Below are positions 47,042 through 57,292 of a stretch of DNA of 64,000 bases, one piece after another. The notes below the pieces were generated by a model. That model was not told where the DNA came from, did not search any database, and saw only the letters and a program-made list of their open reading frames with translations. This DNA is from Bacteroidota bacterium (GTDB lineage: Bacteria; Bacteroidota; Bacteroidia; JABEUT01). Location: NCBI GenBank assembly GCA_013285655.1, contig JABDHI010000003.1, positions 1,310-65,309 on the forward strand. Reading direction: 5' to 3'. The stretch's first letter is position 1, and every line of letters starts with the position of its first letter. The position numbers were made by a program, and so were the translations under genes.

Positions 47042-49990
47042 TTGAATCTTAGAATGAACGAGAAAAGGTTTATTACTTTTTTTATTCCGGCATCATTTCT
47101 TTTGCTTGTTTTTTGCGCTTTTTACTATAAAGGTACGGTTGACTCGGGCGATAGTGTTATGCATTACCTGTTTGCAAGGTTTGCCATAAACCATCCTGAA
47201 AGTTTCCTGAACCCATGGGCAAAGCCATTATATGTAGCACTTGCGACTCCTTTCGCCCAATTGGGTTTTATTGGTATAAAGCTGTTCAATTGCGTTAATA
47301 CAATTCTATCAATGCTGGCTGCTTATTTAATTGCCAAAAAGCTGAACATGAAAAATAGCTGGTTGGTACCTGTATTGCTTTTGTTGGCACCCATGAATTT
47401 TGCCCTTTCTTTCTCAGGTTTAACAGAGCCCTTGTTTGCTTCTGTAATAATTGTTGGTTTGTGTTTTCTTGTTTACGATCGTACTACTACAGGCCTTATA
47501 ATTCTTTCCTTTTTACCTTTTGTACGCTCTGAAGGTATGTTCCTGCTTATGGCAGTTGGCTTGTATTTAATAACTCAAAAAAAGTACAGAAGCATAATAT
47601 GGCTGGCAACCGGCCAGGTTGTTTATGCTGTTATAGGGTATTTTCATTTTAAAGATTTGTTGTGGTTTTATCACAACAATCCTTATTCTATGTTCAGTTC
47701 TTATGGCGATGGACCCTGGACAGATTATATAGATAACTTACCCTTAGTAGCAGGCTCTGCAACGTATTACTTAATTCTTGCAGGTTTTATAACTGCTCCG
47801 TTTACATTACTTAAAAAAGAAAACAAGAAGGACAACTGGCAGCTTATGCTTATTTGGACCATGGCTACTATGTATTTCTTCTTTCATGTTATATCATGGA
47901 CATTTGGGTTGTTCGGCTCGTTTGGTATGGCGCGTGTAATTGTGGGTATAATGCCATTGAGCGCTATACTTGCAGTATATGGCTTTAATAATATTATTAC
48001 GCTCGTTACTCCGGGGCTGTTTACTTATATAAAACAAACCTATAATGGATTAAAACCGCAATTTGTTTTTTATGCTATTATGTTACTGTTTGGTTTTATA
48101 TACGGTTTAATGGCTGTAGCCAATCACTATTTTTTCCGATCTACAGCATTTGACTTTGGACCATATAACTATGCGTTTTGGGATTATGCACATTTTCATG
48201 TAACGCCTTGCCCTATTTATAAGGTATTCTTCCCTATGAATGTTACATTCTTGCAAGATCATTTTTCACTTTTGCTAATGTTTCTTGCTCCTTTCTATTG
48301 GTTGCTAAACTGGTTAACGGGTACTTATACATTGTTACTTATACAAACCGGTTTTATTTTATGGGGGGCTTGGGCAATTTACAAACTGGTTGAACTTAAG
48401 ACCAAAGACGGATGGTTAGCGGTAGGGGCCGTATTGTATTTCTTTTTGTTACAGGGTAGGTATTCGGCTTTTGATGAGGATTGTAATATTATAATAATGG
48501 CATCCTGTTTTGTTCCATTGTTCTTATGGTTCTTCGAATCGAAGCGATATGTTGCTGCGTTGGTAATATTTATAGCTGCTGTTTTTTCAAGAGAAGATAT
48601 GTCATTATGGTTTGCATTTATACCTGTAGTATTAATTATATGGCATTGGAAGGAAAGGAAACTTGTGTATGTATCTATAGGTTATATACTGGCTTCTGTT
48701 ATTTGCTTTGTTTTAATTTTTAAGGTCTTTATACCTATGGTTCAATCTCCCGATAGGAAATATGACCTGTTTACCTATTCTGCTCTAGGTAAAGATCCTC
48801 TGGAAGCTTTGAATTATATACTAGGGTACCCTTTAAATGCCTTTACGCTATTATTCAAGAACCAATCGGGCAACCACGATTACGATAGCGTGAAAATGGA
48901 ATTCTATATGGTTTACCTGGTTTCGGGCGGGTTTGTATTATTTTATCGCCCCAAATATTTCATTTGGTTCCTTCCTCTCATTGCTCAAAAAATGTTTAAT
49001 GATGAACCTATTCGTTGGAGTATTGAGTCCTATTATTCTGTACAAGTAGCAACACTTTTACCAATACCGGTGTTTTTAATTCTTGCTAACGATAAAACAA
49101 AATGGCGTTATGGTTTAGCAATTTTAGTATGTGCGCTGGCCTTAACGGTTACACTGTATGATAATAATCCTTACAATCGCAAATTGGGTTACGCTGAGTC
49201 CATTAAGAGGAATATATTTAACTCAAAATTCTTTTTACCCGGCTATGATGCCGCCGCCATACATCACGATCTGCAAGAGATTCCTAAATATGCCAGCGTA
49301 TCGGCTTCAGCATCTATATTACCACATTTAGCTCAGCGTAAAAATATTTATGAATTTCCGGATATAGAGAATGCGCAGTATGTTGCTGCATTAACTTCAC
49401 CTGATTATTTTGCGATGCCTTCAGAATTTTACACCCAAGAGCTTTTTAATAAATATGTGTTTAATTCGGATTGGCAAATAATTCGATATGACGCACCATT
49501 TGTACTGTTGAAAAAAATATATGCTACAAACAGAACAAATAGTTATGAAAGTATTGTGTGTGACGCAGAGACTATGAGCCCTGATGGTAAGCGTTTAGTT
49601 GCCACTGGTGGAGTACTGCTGGACAACGATAGCGCCACCTGGAACACTGAACATGTGAGGCATGGAAAGCACTCTGTAAAACTTACTAAAGAAAAGCAGT
49701 ATGGAATGACTTTACGCATGGAGAAGTTTACCGCAGGCGATTTTGTATTGGCAAGTGTTTGGCGTTATTCTGCCAATAAAGACAAAGGTGCTCTTGTTGT
49801 TTCGGGTAATGGTATGTATTTACCATCTACTAAAAGTACGGCGAAAGACTCAGCTGGGTGGGAACAGCTTACTGTTTTCTTTATTATACCAGATAACCAT
49901 CAGGACCTGGGAGTTTATATTTGGGATAATAGTGATGACCCGGTTTGGTTTGATGATATGGAAGTGAAAAGATTAAAAGCACACCAATAA
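47042..49990 (+). CDS. 982-aa polytopic membrane protein. It is a GT-C-fold-like glycosyltransferase candidate with a C-terminal beta-sandwich domain.
   Basis: More than 12 predicted TM helices. An acidic motif (DSGDSVMHY) lies in the first extracytoplasmic loop, as in GT-C enzymes. The soluble C-terminal domain of about 250 aa is rich in beta-strand-type sequence. Confidence 0.5.
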   Translation: MNLRMNEKRFITFFIPASFLLLVFCAFYYKGTVDSGDSVMHYLFARFAINHPESFLNPWAKPLYVALATPFAQLGFIGIKLFNCVNTILSMLAAYLIAKKLNMKNSWLVPVLLLLAPMNFALSFSGLTEPLFASVIIVGLCFLVYDRTTTGLIILSFLPFVRSEGMFLLMAVGLYLITQKKYRSIIWLATGQVVYAVIGYFHFKDLLWFYHNNPYSMFSSYGDGPWTDYIDNLPLVAGSATYYLILAGFITAPFTLLKKENKKDNWQLMLIWTMATMYFFFHVISWTFGLFGSFGMARVIVGIMPLSAILAVYGFNNIITLVTPGLFTYIKQTYNGLKPQFVFYAIMLLFGFIYGLMAVANHYFFRSTAFDFGPYNYAFWDYAHFHVTPCPIYKVFFPMNVTFLQDHFSLLLMFLAPFYWLLNWLTGTYTLLLIQTGFILWGAWAIYKLVELKTKDGWLAVGAVLYFFLLQGRYSAFDEDCNIIIMASCFVPLFLWFFESKRYVAALVIFIAAVFSREDMSLWFAFIPVVLIIWHWKERKLVYVSIGYILASVICFVLIFKVFIPMVQSPDRKYDLFTYSALGKDPLEALNYILGYPLNAFTLLFKNQSGNHDYDSVKMEFYMVYLVSGGFVLFYRPKYFIWFLPLIAQKMFNDEPIRWSIESYYSVQVATLLPIPVFLILANDKTKWRYGLAILVCALALTVTLYDNNPYNRKLGYAESIKRNIFNSKFFLPGYDAAAIHHDLQEIPKYASVSASASILPHLAQRKNIYEFPDIENAQYVAALTSPDYFAMPSEFYTQELFNKYVFNSDWQIIRYDAPFVLLKKIYATNRTNSYESIVCDAETMSPDGKRLVATGGVLLDNDSATWNTEHVRHGKHSVKLTKEKQYGMTLRMEKFTAGDFVLASVWRYSANKDKGALVVSGNGMYLPSTKSTAKDSAGWEQLTVFFIIPDNHQDLGVYIWDNSDDPVWFDDMEVKRLKAHQ

Positions 49991-50117
49991 AACTTTAGGT
50001 AAACACTGTTATATATCTAAGCTGTAATATATCCCGAACAGAATTGAAGACTTATATACCCCTTGTAATTATTGGTTGGCTATAATGACTTCTTGCATTA
50101 AAGCATTAATAAAAAAA

Positions 50118-50146
50118 CGCCCCGAGTATTCGGGGCGTTTTTTTTA
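50118..50146. terminator. bidirectional rho-independent terminator between convergent genes
   Basis: A7, then hairpin cgccccga-gtat-tcggggcg, then T9. Confidence 0.8.
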
Positions 50147-50166
50147 TTGGTATTTCTATTTAATAC

Positions 50167-53100
50167 TTATTGTTGTTGCTGACCCATCTTTAGCATACCA
50201 GCTTTGTCCAGTTTGTCTATGCGGGCCTGAAATTCCTTAGCAACATCTGCTTGTCCAGCACTTTGAGAGAAGTATGCAAGCTGTTCCAATATACGGGTCG
50301 CTTGAACCTCCTGGTTGCCATAATAAGCAGCATTTTGCGGATCTAAACTATGGTCGTACTTCAATTCTTTTTCAAACTGATCGAACAACTGCTTAGCCAA
50401 CGGATTTGCTTTCTTAAAGTCCTTTAACTGGTAATAGTTATAGGCTATCATTACCATAGGGCCATCATACGGGCAGCTCTTTTCAGAGATAGAATCCATA
50501 CAAAGGTTAAGCACTTTTTCAGCAGAGTCTTTCTTATTCTCCTTAATTAAAGCTTCGGCTAATGTACCAACCTGTATCCTTAAGTCGGTTGCCATGCGCC
50601 TAACGTTCTCATCAAGGTACTCGCCGCTAGCCATGTTACCCCAGTGGAATTTATGCATTACATTGTCATACATAACATCTGTATTTACACGTGTGCCTTC
50701 AACTGAGTTATCGTTGGTTGCCGCAACAGGAACGAGTCTGTATATAAGCCCTTCTAACTGAAGGTACTTTTCAAGGCCCATATAGGCTTCCTGGCCGGTA
50801 GTAACTGCAAAACATATAGGGCGTTTCCAGTCGTTATGCGCCATTGCATCAAGCACCATTAATGTACTACGGTATACACCGTTGCCCGACATGGTCCAAT
50901 CAATAGCCGGAACAATTGCGCTGTCCGAAGTTTCTTTCGAAAGGGCTCCGCTTTTAATTACGTTTTCCTTATTTACTTTCAGTTCGAAGTTCTTGGTTGG
51001 GAAATAGTTTACATATTCGCCCTGGCCATTACTTATATCAAACTTATCTTCGGTCTTATCGCTCTTTACAAAGTTTATAAGGTCCTTCAGGTCAGTAAAT
51101 CCTTTTATACGTTTATCTTCAATAAAATAAACATAATCGCGGGTACCATCCCTGTACTGGTCGTGAGTAAGCGAGAATGGCATACGATCAGATTCGTAAG
51201 CCTTTCTGTTCATCTGGTCAACATACCAGCCCATACCTAGGAGTTCAAGGTTACAAACACGAACGTCTGTACGTATACCTTCAACTTCCTGTGCGTACCA
51301 AAGCGGGAATGTGTCATTATCGCCATTGGTAAATAGTATCGCATTCTTAGGGCACGATTCAAGATAGTCGATAGCAAGATCTCGTGTAGTGGTACGTTTT
51401 GAACGGTCGTGGTCATTCCATTCAGCATTTGCCATAACAACAGGTACTACCATGCTGGCTAATAATGCTATTGCAACAGCAGGTTTTCCATTGCCGTCTT
51501 TCATGCGCTTAGCAACAAACTCATAAATAGCCATTGCACCAAGGCCTATCCATATACAGAAGGCATAGAAGGAACCTACGTATGAATAATCACGTTCCCT
51601 AGGTTGATAAGGGGCCTGGTTAAGGTAAAGTACAATTGCAAGACCTGTAAAGAAGAAGTAGGTGAGTACCACTAAGCTATTCCTTCTGTCTTTCTTAAAG
51701 TGGAACACAAAGCCTAACAAGCCAAGAATAAGCGGTAAGCCGAACATTGCATTCTTTCCTTTATTATCAGCCAGTTCAGATGGTTGGTCATCTTGCGGGT
51801 AACGCATAGAATCTAAGAAAGGTATACCGGTTATCCAGTTACCATGCAGGTTATCCGGTGGATCGTATCCCTGTATATCATTTTGTCTTCCGCAGAAGTT
51901 CCATAAGAAATATCGTACATACATAAACTTAACCTGGTAGTTGAAGAAGTAGGTAATATTGTTCAAATAGCTTGGTTTTTCAACCATTTTACGTGCTTCG
52001 CCATCGGTAGGTGTAAAGGCTATCTTCTCGTATCCATCGGTACCGCCCCAGCTCTTATAACCTCTTGGGTGGCCTTCGTTAGGATCCCACATACGAGGAA
52101 AAAGAACACAGAAGTTAGGATCGTATTTTGGAAGTCTTATTTCATAAGCTTTAACATACTTACCCGATTTTTCATCCTTTGCATACGATGGGCCATTGTC
52201 AATTGCATCTATTTGCGGTGCAGTATAGTATGCGCCATATAATACAGGCCAGTCGCCGTATTGCTTACGGTCTAAGTAATCGTGCAGGCTTATAGGATCA
52301 CTAGGATTGTCTTCGTTCATTGGGGTAGGAGCATTTGCCCTTACTACTAATAATAAGAAGGAGCAATAGCCGATAATGAGAACAGCTAATGAAAGTATAG
52401 CAGTGTTCCAGCCTGGTTTGTTCCTTTTACGTGTATAATTAAGGCCCCAAACAATTAAGCTAATAACTACAACGGCATAAATAAGTATACCAGAGTTAAA
52501 TGGCATGCTCAAATGGTTTACGAAGAACAGCTCAAAGCCGGTAGCCAGATTTATAAGGCCTGGTATTATAAGACTCTTTACAATACCTGTAAGCACAATT
52601 GCTGCAATACCTGCAATTATAACGCCTTGTGTTTTCTTGTCTTTAGTAAATGGATTAAGGGCAATACTGAAGAACTTTGAATCAATTCCGTTAGGGTAGG
52701 TTTTAAAGAAGTAAAGCAATACCGCCGCAGGAATGAATAGTAAGCAAAGTAAGTGAACACCAATAGATAAGCCAATTAAGAAGAATATAAAGATGATCCA
52801 ACGTTCAGGATGTACTTCGCACCTGTCCCATTTGGTGGCGCACCAAAACATAAATGCAGTAAAACAACCCGACATTGACCAAACAGAGGCTTCAACTGCT
52901 GAGAACCATTGAGAATCGACAAAGGTGAATGATAAGCCGGCAATAATACCGCAGGCAAGTATCATGTACATTTTGTTTTCGGTAAGTTCACCATTACGTA
53001 ACACAAGCTTACGTGCAAAGAAGGTGGTTGTCCAGAATGCAAAAAGTATAGTAAATGCACTGAATGTAGATGCTGCATGGTTCATAAGCGGCGCTGCTTT

Positions 53101-53346
53101 ATGCACATCGCCAAAGCTTAATAATGAAACCAAGTGCTGTATCAGCTGCAAAAACGGCTCCCCTGGCGGGTGGCCCACTTCAAGTTTATAGTAAATAGAA
53201 AGGTTTTCGCTACAATCCCAAAAACTGGCTGTTGGTTCAACAGTACTGTAATATACCACTATTGCCACAAGGAATACTAACCAGCCTACTATTGTATTTA
53301 GGCGCGAAAGTCTTTGATCGAGAAGGTTATTTGAGCCGTTTGCCAT
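50167..53346 (-). CDS. DUF2723-family GT-C-fold membrane protein (TMEM260-like) with a C-terminal soluble region including TPR-like helices
   Basis: The N-terminus STVEPTASFWDCSENLSIYYKLEVGHPPGEPFLQLI matches the DUF2723 signature (D..E........HPPG.P). There are about 11 TM helices, then a domain of about 450 aa containing GDNDTFPLWYAQEVEGIRTD. Confidence 0.75.
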   Translation of the reverse strand: MANGSNNLLDQRLSRLNTIVGWLVFLVAIVVYYSTVEPTASFWDCSENLSIYYKLEVGHPPGEPFLQLIQHLVSLLSFGDVHKAAPLMNHAASTFSAFTILFAFWTTTFFARKLVLRNGELTENKMYMILACGIIAGLSFTFVDSQWFSAVEASVWSMSGCFTAFMFWCATKWDRCEVHPERWIIFIFFLIGLSIGVHLLCLLFIPAAVLLYFFKTYPNGIDSKFFSIALNPFTKDKKTQGVIIAGIAAIVLTGIVKSLIIPGLINLATGFELFFVNHLSMPFNSGILIYAVVVISLIVWGLNYTRKRNKPGWNTAILSLAVLIIGYCSFLLLVVRANAPTPMNEDNPSDPISLHDYLDRKQYGDWPVLYGAYYTAPQIDAIDNGPSYAKDEKSGKYVKAYEIRLPKYDPNFCVLFPRMWDPNEGHPRGYKSWGGTDGYEKIAFTPTDGEARKMVEKPSYLNNITYFFNYQVKFMYVRYFLWNFCGRQNDIQGYDPPDNLHGNWITGIPFLDSMRYPQDDQPSELADNKGKNAMFGLPLILGLLGFVFHFKKDRRNSLVVLTYFFFTGLAIVLYLNQAPYQPRERDYSYVGSFYAFCIWIGLGAMAIYEFVAKRMKDGNGKPAVAIALLASMVVPVVMANAEWNDHDRSKRTTTRDLAIDYLESCPKNAILFTNGDNDTFPLWYAQEVEGIRTDVRVCNLELLGMGWYVDQMNRKAYESDRMPFSLTHDQYRDGTRDYVYFIEDKRIKGFTDLKDLINFVKSDKTEDKFDISNGQGEYVNYFPTKNFELKVNKENVIKSGALSKETSDSAIVPAIDWTMSGNGVYRSTLMVLDAMAHNDWKRPICFAVTTGQEAYMGLEKYLQLEGLIYRLVPVAATNDNSVEGTRVNTDVMYDNVMHKFHWGNMASGEYLDENVRRMATDLRIQVGTLAEALIKENKKDSAEKVLNLCMDSISEKSCPYDGPMVMIAYNYYQLKDFKKANPLAKQLFDQFEKELKYDHSLDPQNAAYYGNQEVQATRILEQLAYFSQSAGQADVAKEFQARIDKLDKAGMLKMGQQQQ

Positions 53347-53512
53347 AGAATAATTAAATGTTTAGTTAAAAATGAAGGTGTGAAAATAACAAATTATATA
53401 ATCGGAACGCTATACCTTTATTTATTAGGGCGTTTCAGGTTAATACAACTGTTTTGGCTTTAGGTTCATGCAATAAATCATTTATACATAGTTTAATTTA
53501 TCTGTTAGCTTT

Positions 53513-54712
53513 GTGTTTATGATTCTGTCTCTGAGGAACTTACTCATAATATGTGTTGTTTTGCTTGGATTGGCATGCAAAAATCTGAACAGGCAATCTG
53601 TTGAAATTACTAATAGACAATTGAAACCTGCCTTGGGTTGGGGCTCGGTTGGGTCAGGCTTAAGCGGCACCGTTAATGCCTTAGCAGTTTATAATGGCAA
53701 TTTGTATGCAGGTGGCAGAATTGATAGCGCCGGAGGTGCTCCCGTAAGCGGCATTGCTATGTGGGATGGTTATAGCTGGCATTCGGTTGGCAAAGGTATA
53801 ACGGGTAATGTTAAAGCGCTTACAGTTTATCACAATGAATTATATGCCGGAGGATTTTTTGACAGTGCCGGAGGGAAGCCATATAGTTGTATAGCTAAGT
53901 GGAATGGCACTAACTGGAGTGATGTAGATACACTTGCAGATGTTATTGCTATGACCACTTATAATAATAGGCTTTATGCAACCGGGTTTAACGATTCGAC
54001 TGATGAGAGAACTACCCATACTATTGGCAGCTGGGATGGATCAGAATGGGACAGTTTAGGTAATCCGGATAAGGACTGGGAAATTAAAAGCTTATGTAGC
54101 TATAATGGTAATTTATATGGCGGCGGAAAAATAAGTGGAGATAGTAACCTGATAGTGATGGCGAAACATGGGTGGACTTTAATACGTAAGCCTTTCAGGT
54201 TCGAAATTAATACCATGTTGCAATACAATGATGAATTATATACAGGGGGTGATGATGTTGCAAGCAACAGCGCTTCACATATTATGAAATGGAATGGTAA
54301 GATATGGAGTACTCCCGGAACTGGCCTTAAGGGGCAAATAAAATCATTGGCTTTATATAATGGCAAATTATATGCAGGTGGACAGTTTGCCAGAGTTGGT
54401 AATGAATATGCAGGATGCTTAGCCGTGTTAAATGAAGTCGATTGGCAAGCTGTGGGCGGAGGAGTTAACTTAAGCAACATTGCACTTGAAACAAAATGCC
54501 CCACTACACCAAGTAACTTGGTAATATATGTTGACAACACTCCGAATAAACGTGGTGTAATATACTACGATACCTTATTCGCAAATATCAGTGTTAATGC
54601 TATGGTAGAGTACAAAGGAGAACTGTATATAGCGGGTAAGTTCGATATAGCAGGAGGCTTACCTGCACAAAACATAGCTCGGTATAAAGAACCGGCTAAG
54701 CTGAATAAATAA
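53513..54712 (+). CDS. secreted beta-propeller-type repeat protein
   Basis: Signal peptide. There are at least 6 repeats of the form N.LYAGG.F.SAGG.P...IA.W.G..W...G. Confidence 0.5.
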   Translation: MFMILSLRNLLIICVVLLGLACKNLNRQSVEITNRQLKPALGWGSVGSGLSGTVNALAVYNGNLYAGGRIDSAGGAPVSGIAMWDGYSWHSVGKGITGNVKALTVYHNELYAGGFFDSAGGKPYSCIAKWNGTNWSDVDTLADVIAMTTYNNRLYATGFNDSTDERTTHTIGSWDGSEWDSLGNPDKDWEIKSLCSYNGNLYGGGKISGDSNLIVMAKHGWTLIRKPFRFEINTMLQYNDELYTGGDDVASNSASHIMKWNGKIWSTPGTGLKGQIKSLALYNGKLYAGGQFARVGNEYAGCLAVLNEVDWQAVGGGVNLSNIALETKCPTTPSNLVIYVDNTPNKRGVIYYDTLFANISVNAMVEYKGELYIAGKFDIAGGLPAQNIARYKEPAKLNK

Positions 54713-54715
54713 GTT

Positions 54716-55633
54716 TTACTTAATAATTGGAATCAAACCTCGAACGCCCATATCGGTAACGGTATCGCCGCTTAGTGGCTCATAAAGGCCGTTGCCATTA
54801 GCGTCTTTCCATTCAAAGCTTTTGTTGGTAGAGAGAGAAACAACAATAGTATCGTTAGTTGTTTCGGTGCCACTAATGGTAAATGGAGATAGCGCCATTG
54901 ATGAATTCACAAATTGGCCTGTTACCACGCAAGACCCTGCCGGAATAGGAGAGGTAGATGCAATTGGGTTAGGTACTGTAGTAGTGCCTGCGCTTTGTCC
55001 GGTAACAACACCATACTGATCTTCGAAGCCCCAGTAGCCTTGTGCCCTGTTGCCGTTTACGTGTACTGTGCTATCCTTTATTTTATAAGAAGTGATGTAT
55101 GTGTTAAACCCAATGAACGATGCTATAGTACCCCATGCATTGTGAATGTTGTACGTGGTATCTGTCCACTTGATATTGTAGTTTTGGTATGCCAACGATA
55201 CACGTAGCCATTGGTAAGAACCAGGAGTAACACTACTTATAGGGCATGAGAAAAATACCTGGCCTTGGCCAACTGCGGTGCATTTACTGAAATCAATAGC
55301 TAAGTTGCTACCGCTGCCAACTTCTGGTGCGCGGTATAATACATCGCCTGCACCTAATTGGGTTGTTGAGTTTTGTGCTAACTCAATATAGTGTGAACTC
55401 ATGGCATTAAATACCGGTGATAAACCTGAATGTCCTGCAGGCATGGTAGCCACTTGCCCAAAGTTATTTAACCTTACCTGGGTCGAATCGAACTTAAATA
55501 CAAATACCAGTTGAGGGCCTATTGTAGTGGTTGTATTGTTTGTCGCAGGAGTGTCCTTTTTACAAGCCATAAATAAGGCAAAAACTGAAAAAGCTAGAGT
55601 TCCGGCAGTGAAGGCAAATCTTTGGTGTTTCAT
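54716..55633 (-). CDS. hypothetical lipoprotein
   Basis: Signal peptide with lipobox FMACKK. Thr-rich linker. Confidence 0.45.
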   Translation of the reverse strand: MKHQRFAFTAGTLAFSVFALFMACKKDTPATNNTTTTIGPQLVFVFKFDSTQVRLNNFGQVATMPAGHSGLSPVFNAMSSHYIELAQNSTTQLGAGDVLYRAPEVGSGSNLAIDFSKCTAVGQGQVFFSCPISSVTPGSYQWLRVSLAYQNYNIKWTDTTYNIHNAWGTIASFIGFNTYITSYKIKDSTVHVNGNRAQGYWGFEDQYGVVTGQSAGTTTVPNPIASTSPIPAGSCVVTGQFVNSSMALSPFTISGTETTNDTIVVSLSTNKSFEWKDANGNGLYEPLSGDTVTDMGVRGLIPIIK

Positions 55634-55792
55634 GCGGTAAATGATATACTACAAATATATACTTTTCTGGCAAAGCCTATTTCTAAACACTTTAGATACG
55701 GAATTAATAACGAAATAAAGTTTCATTGAGGTGAATTTTAAAATGACACTGTATCTTTTTGTACCCTTTAGCATTATAAAAGAAAACACACT

Positions 55793-56368
55793 ATGAAAAA
55801 GACAAACGTTTTCAGTTATGGACTATTCCTTTTTGTAGCCCTTTCGGTGACGGATTCAAAACTACCTAAAGGATGGATTAAGGCGGGCGATGTCCCAAGT
55901 AAATATGATATGTATGTGGACAAACAAATAGCCGAGGATGGTAAAAATTGTGCCACCATAAAATCGATTTATGATGAAATTAATGGCTTCGGTACTTTAA
56001 TGCAGGATTGTAAACCGGGTAAATATCGTGGTAAAAGAATACACATGTCGGGATATGTAAAATCAAAAGATGTAAAGGAATGGGCAGGGTTATGGGTTAG
56101 AGTTGACGGACGCTATACTACACTGTCATTTGATAATATGCAAGACAGGGGAATTAGCGGAACGACCGATTGGAAAAAATATGATGTTATACTTGATGTT
56201 CCTAAAGCTGCAACAAATATTGCCTTTGGTGCATTGCTTTCCGGTACCGGCCAAATTTGGTTCGATAATATTGCGTTTGAAATTGTTCCTGACTCAACCA
56301 AAACAACAAGTAGCTTTGTTCAAAGAGAGTATAATGATGAACCCACTAATTTGAATTTTGAAGAGTAA
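55793..56368 (+). CDS. hypothetical secreted protein
   Basis: Signal peptide. The sequence character suggests a beta-sandwich-like fold. Confidence 0.4.
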   Translation: MKKTNVFSYGLFLFVALSVTDSKLPKGWIKAGDVPSKYDMYVDKQIAEDGKNCATIKSIYDEINGFGTLMQDCKPGKYRGKRIHMSGYVKSKDVKEWAGLWVRVDGRYTTLSFDNMQDRGISGTTDWKKYDVILDVPKAATNIAFGALLSGTGQIWFDNIAFEIVPDSTKTTSSFVQREYNDEPTNLNFEE

Positions 56369-56406
56369 TGTGGTCGTTGATATTAAAATAACTATATTTA
56401 TTTCTG

Positions 56407-57222
56407 ATGATCACCTATCAGAAATACAATCCATCGGCAGGGTTAAGTAAATACATAAAGTATTTTTACTTTTTAGAGCATGACGGCAATTACCAAAATG
56501 CTTCATTGCAACGCGTAACGCCCGATGGCTGTGTGGAGGTTAATTTTAACCTTGCAGGTAAATCGTTACAAAGTATCTCTGGTAATGGAAAAGAAAGAGT
56601 GCAAGCGGAAAGTTATGTTGTAAACCGAACCTCAGAGCATTACTTTGTTAAACGAAAGGGATATGTAAAAATGATGGGAATATGTTTTTACCCCTGGGGA
56701 TTTAATGCATTTACCCATGTGCCAACGACAGAGATAAGAGATATGCAGGTAGACGCCGTTGATATAGTTGGGCCAGATATTAAATGGTTATATGAACGTT
56801 TGCGTGAAGCTATTAATTGCAATGAAATGATATCGTTGGTAGAAGATTATCTGTTGAAGAGAATAGCAGAAGATAAAGTAGATAAACTTGTTATGCAAAG
56901 TGCTATAGAAATGCAGCGGAATCCTTTTGTATCTGTTTCAGATATTGCTAATTGTTATTCTATTTCTCACCGAAGATTAGAGCAGCGTTTCAAGAGTGCA
57001 TTAGGAATAAGTCCAAAATATTTTAATAAAATAAATCGCTTTCAACGGTCATTAGCTCAATTAAAGAAGGGTAACACACAGGATGTTGTATTCAAGCAAG
57101 GGTATTACGACCAGGCTCATTTTATAAAAGAATTCAAACTGTTTAGCGGGCTTAGCCCTGAAAAATACCTGAACGCAAATCATTCACTGAACGATCTAGT
57201 AACAAAGTGGGGAAGTGTATAG
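56407..57222 (+). CDS. AraC-family transcriptional regulator
   Basis: C-terminal dual helix-turn-helix: ISHRRLEQRFKSALGISPKYFNKINRFQRSLAQL. Confidence 0.75.
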   Translation: MITYQKYNPSAGLSKYIKYFYFLEHDGNYQNASLQRVTPDGCVEVNFNLAGKSLQSISGNGKERVQAESYVVNRTSEHYFVKRKGYVKMMGICFYPWGFNAFTHVPTTEIRDMQVDAVDIVGPDIKWLYERLREAINCNEMISLVEDYLLKRIAEDKVDKLVMQSAIEMQRNPFVSVSDIANCYSISHRRLEQRFKSALGISPKYFNKINRFQRSLAQLKKGNTQDVVFKQGYYDQAHFIKEFKLFSGLSPEKYLNANHSLNDLVTKWGSV

Positions 57223-57292
57223 TCCTGTTTCGTTTTTTTACAATACAGCGTAACATTTTCTTTATTCCTTTGCAATATCTTAATTTAAAGCC

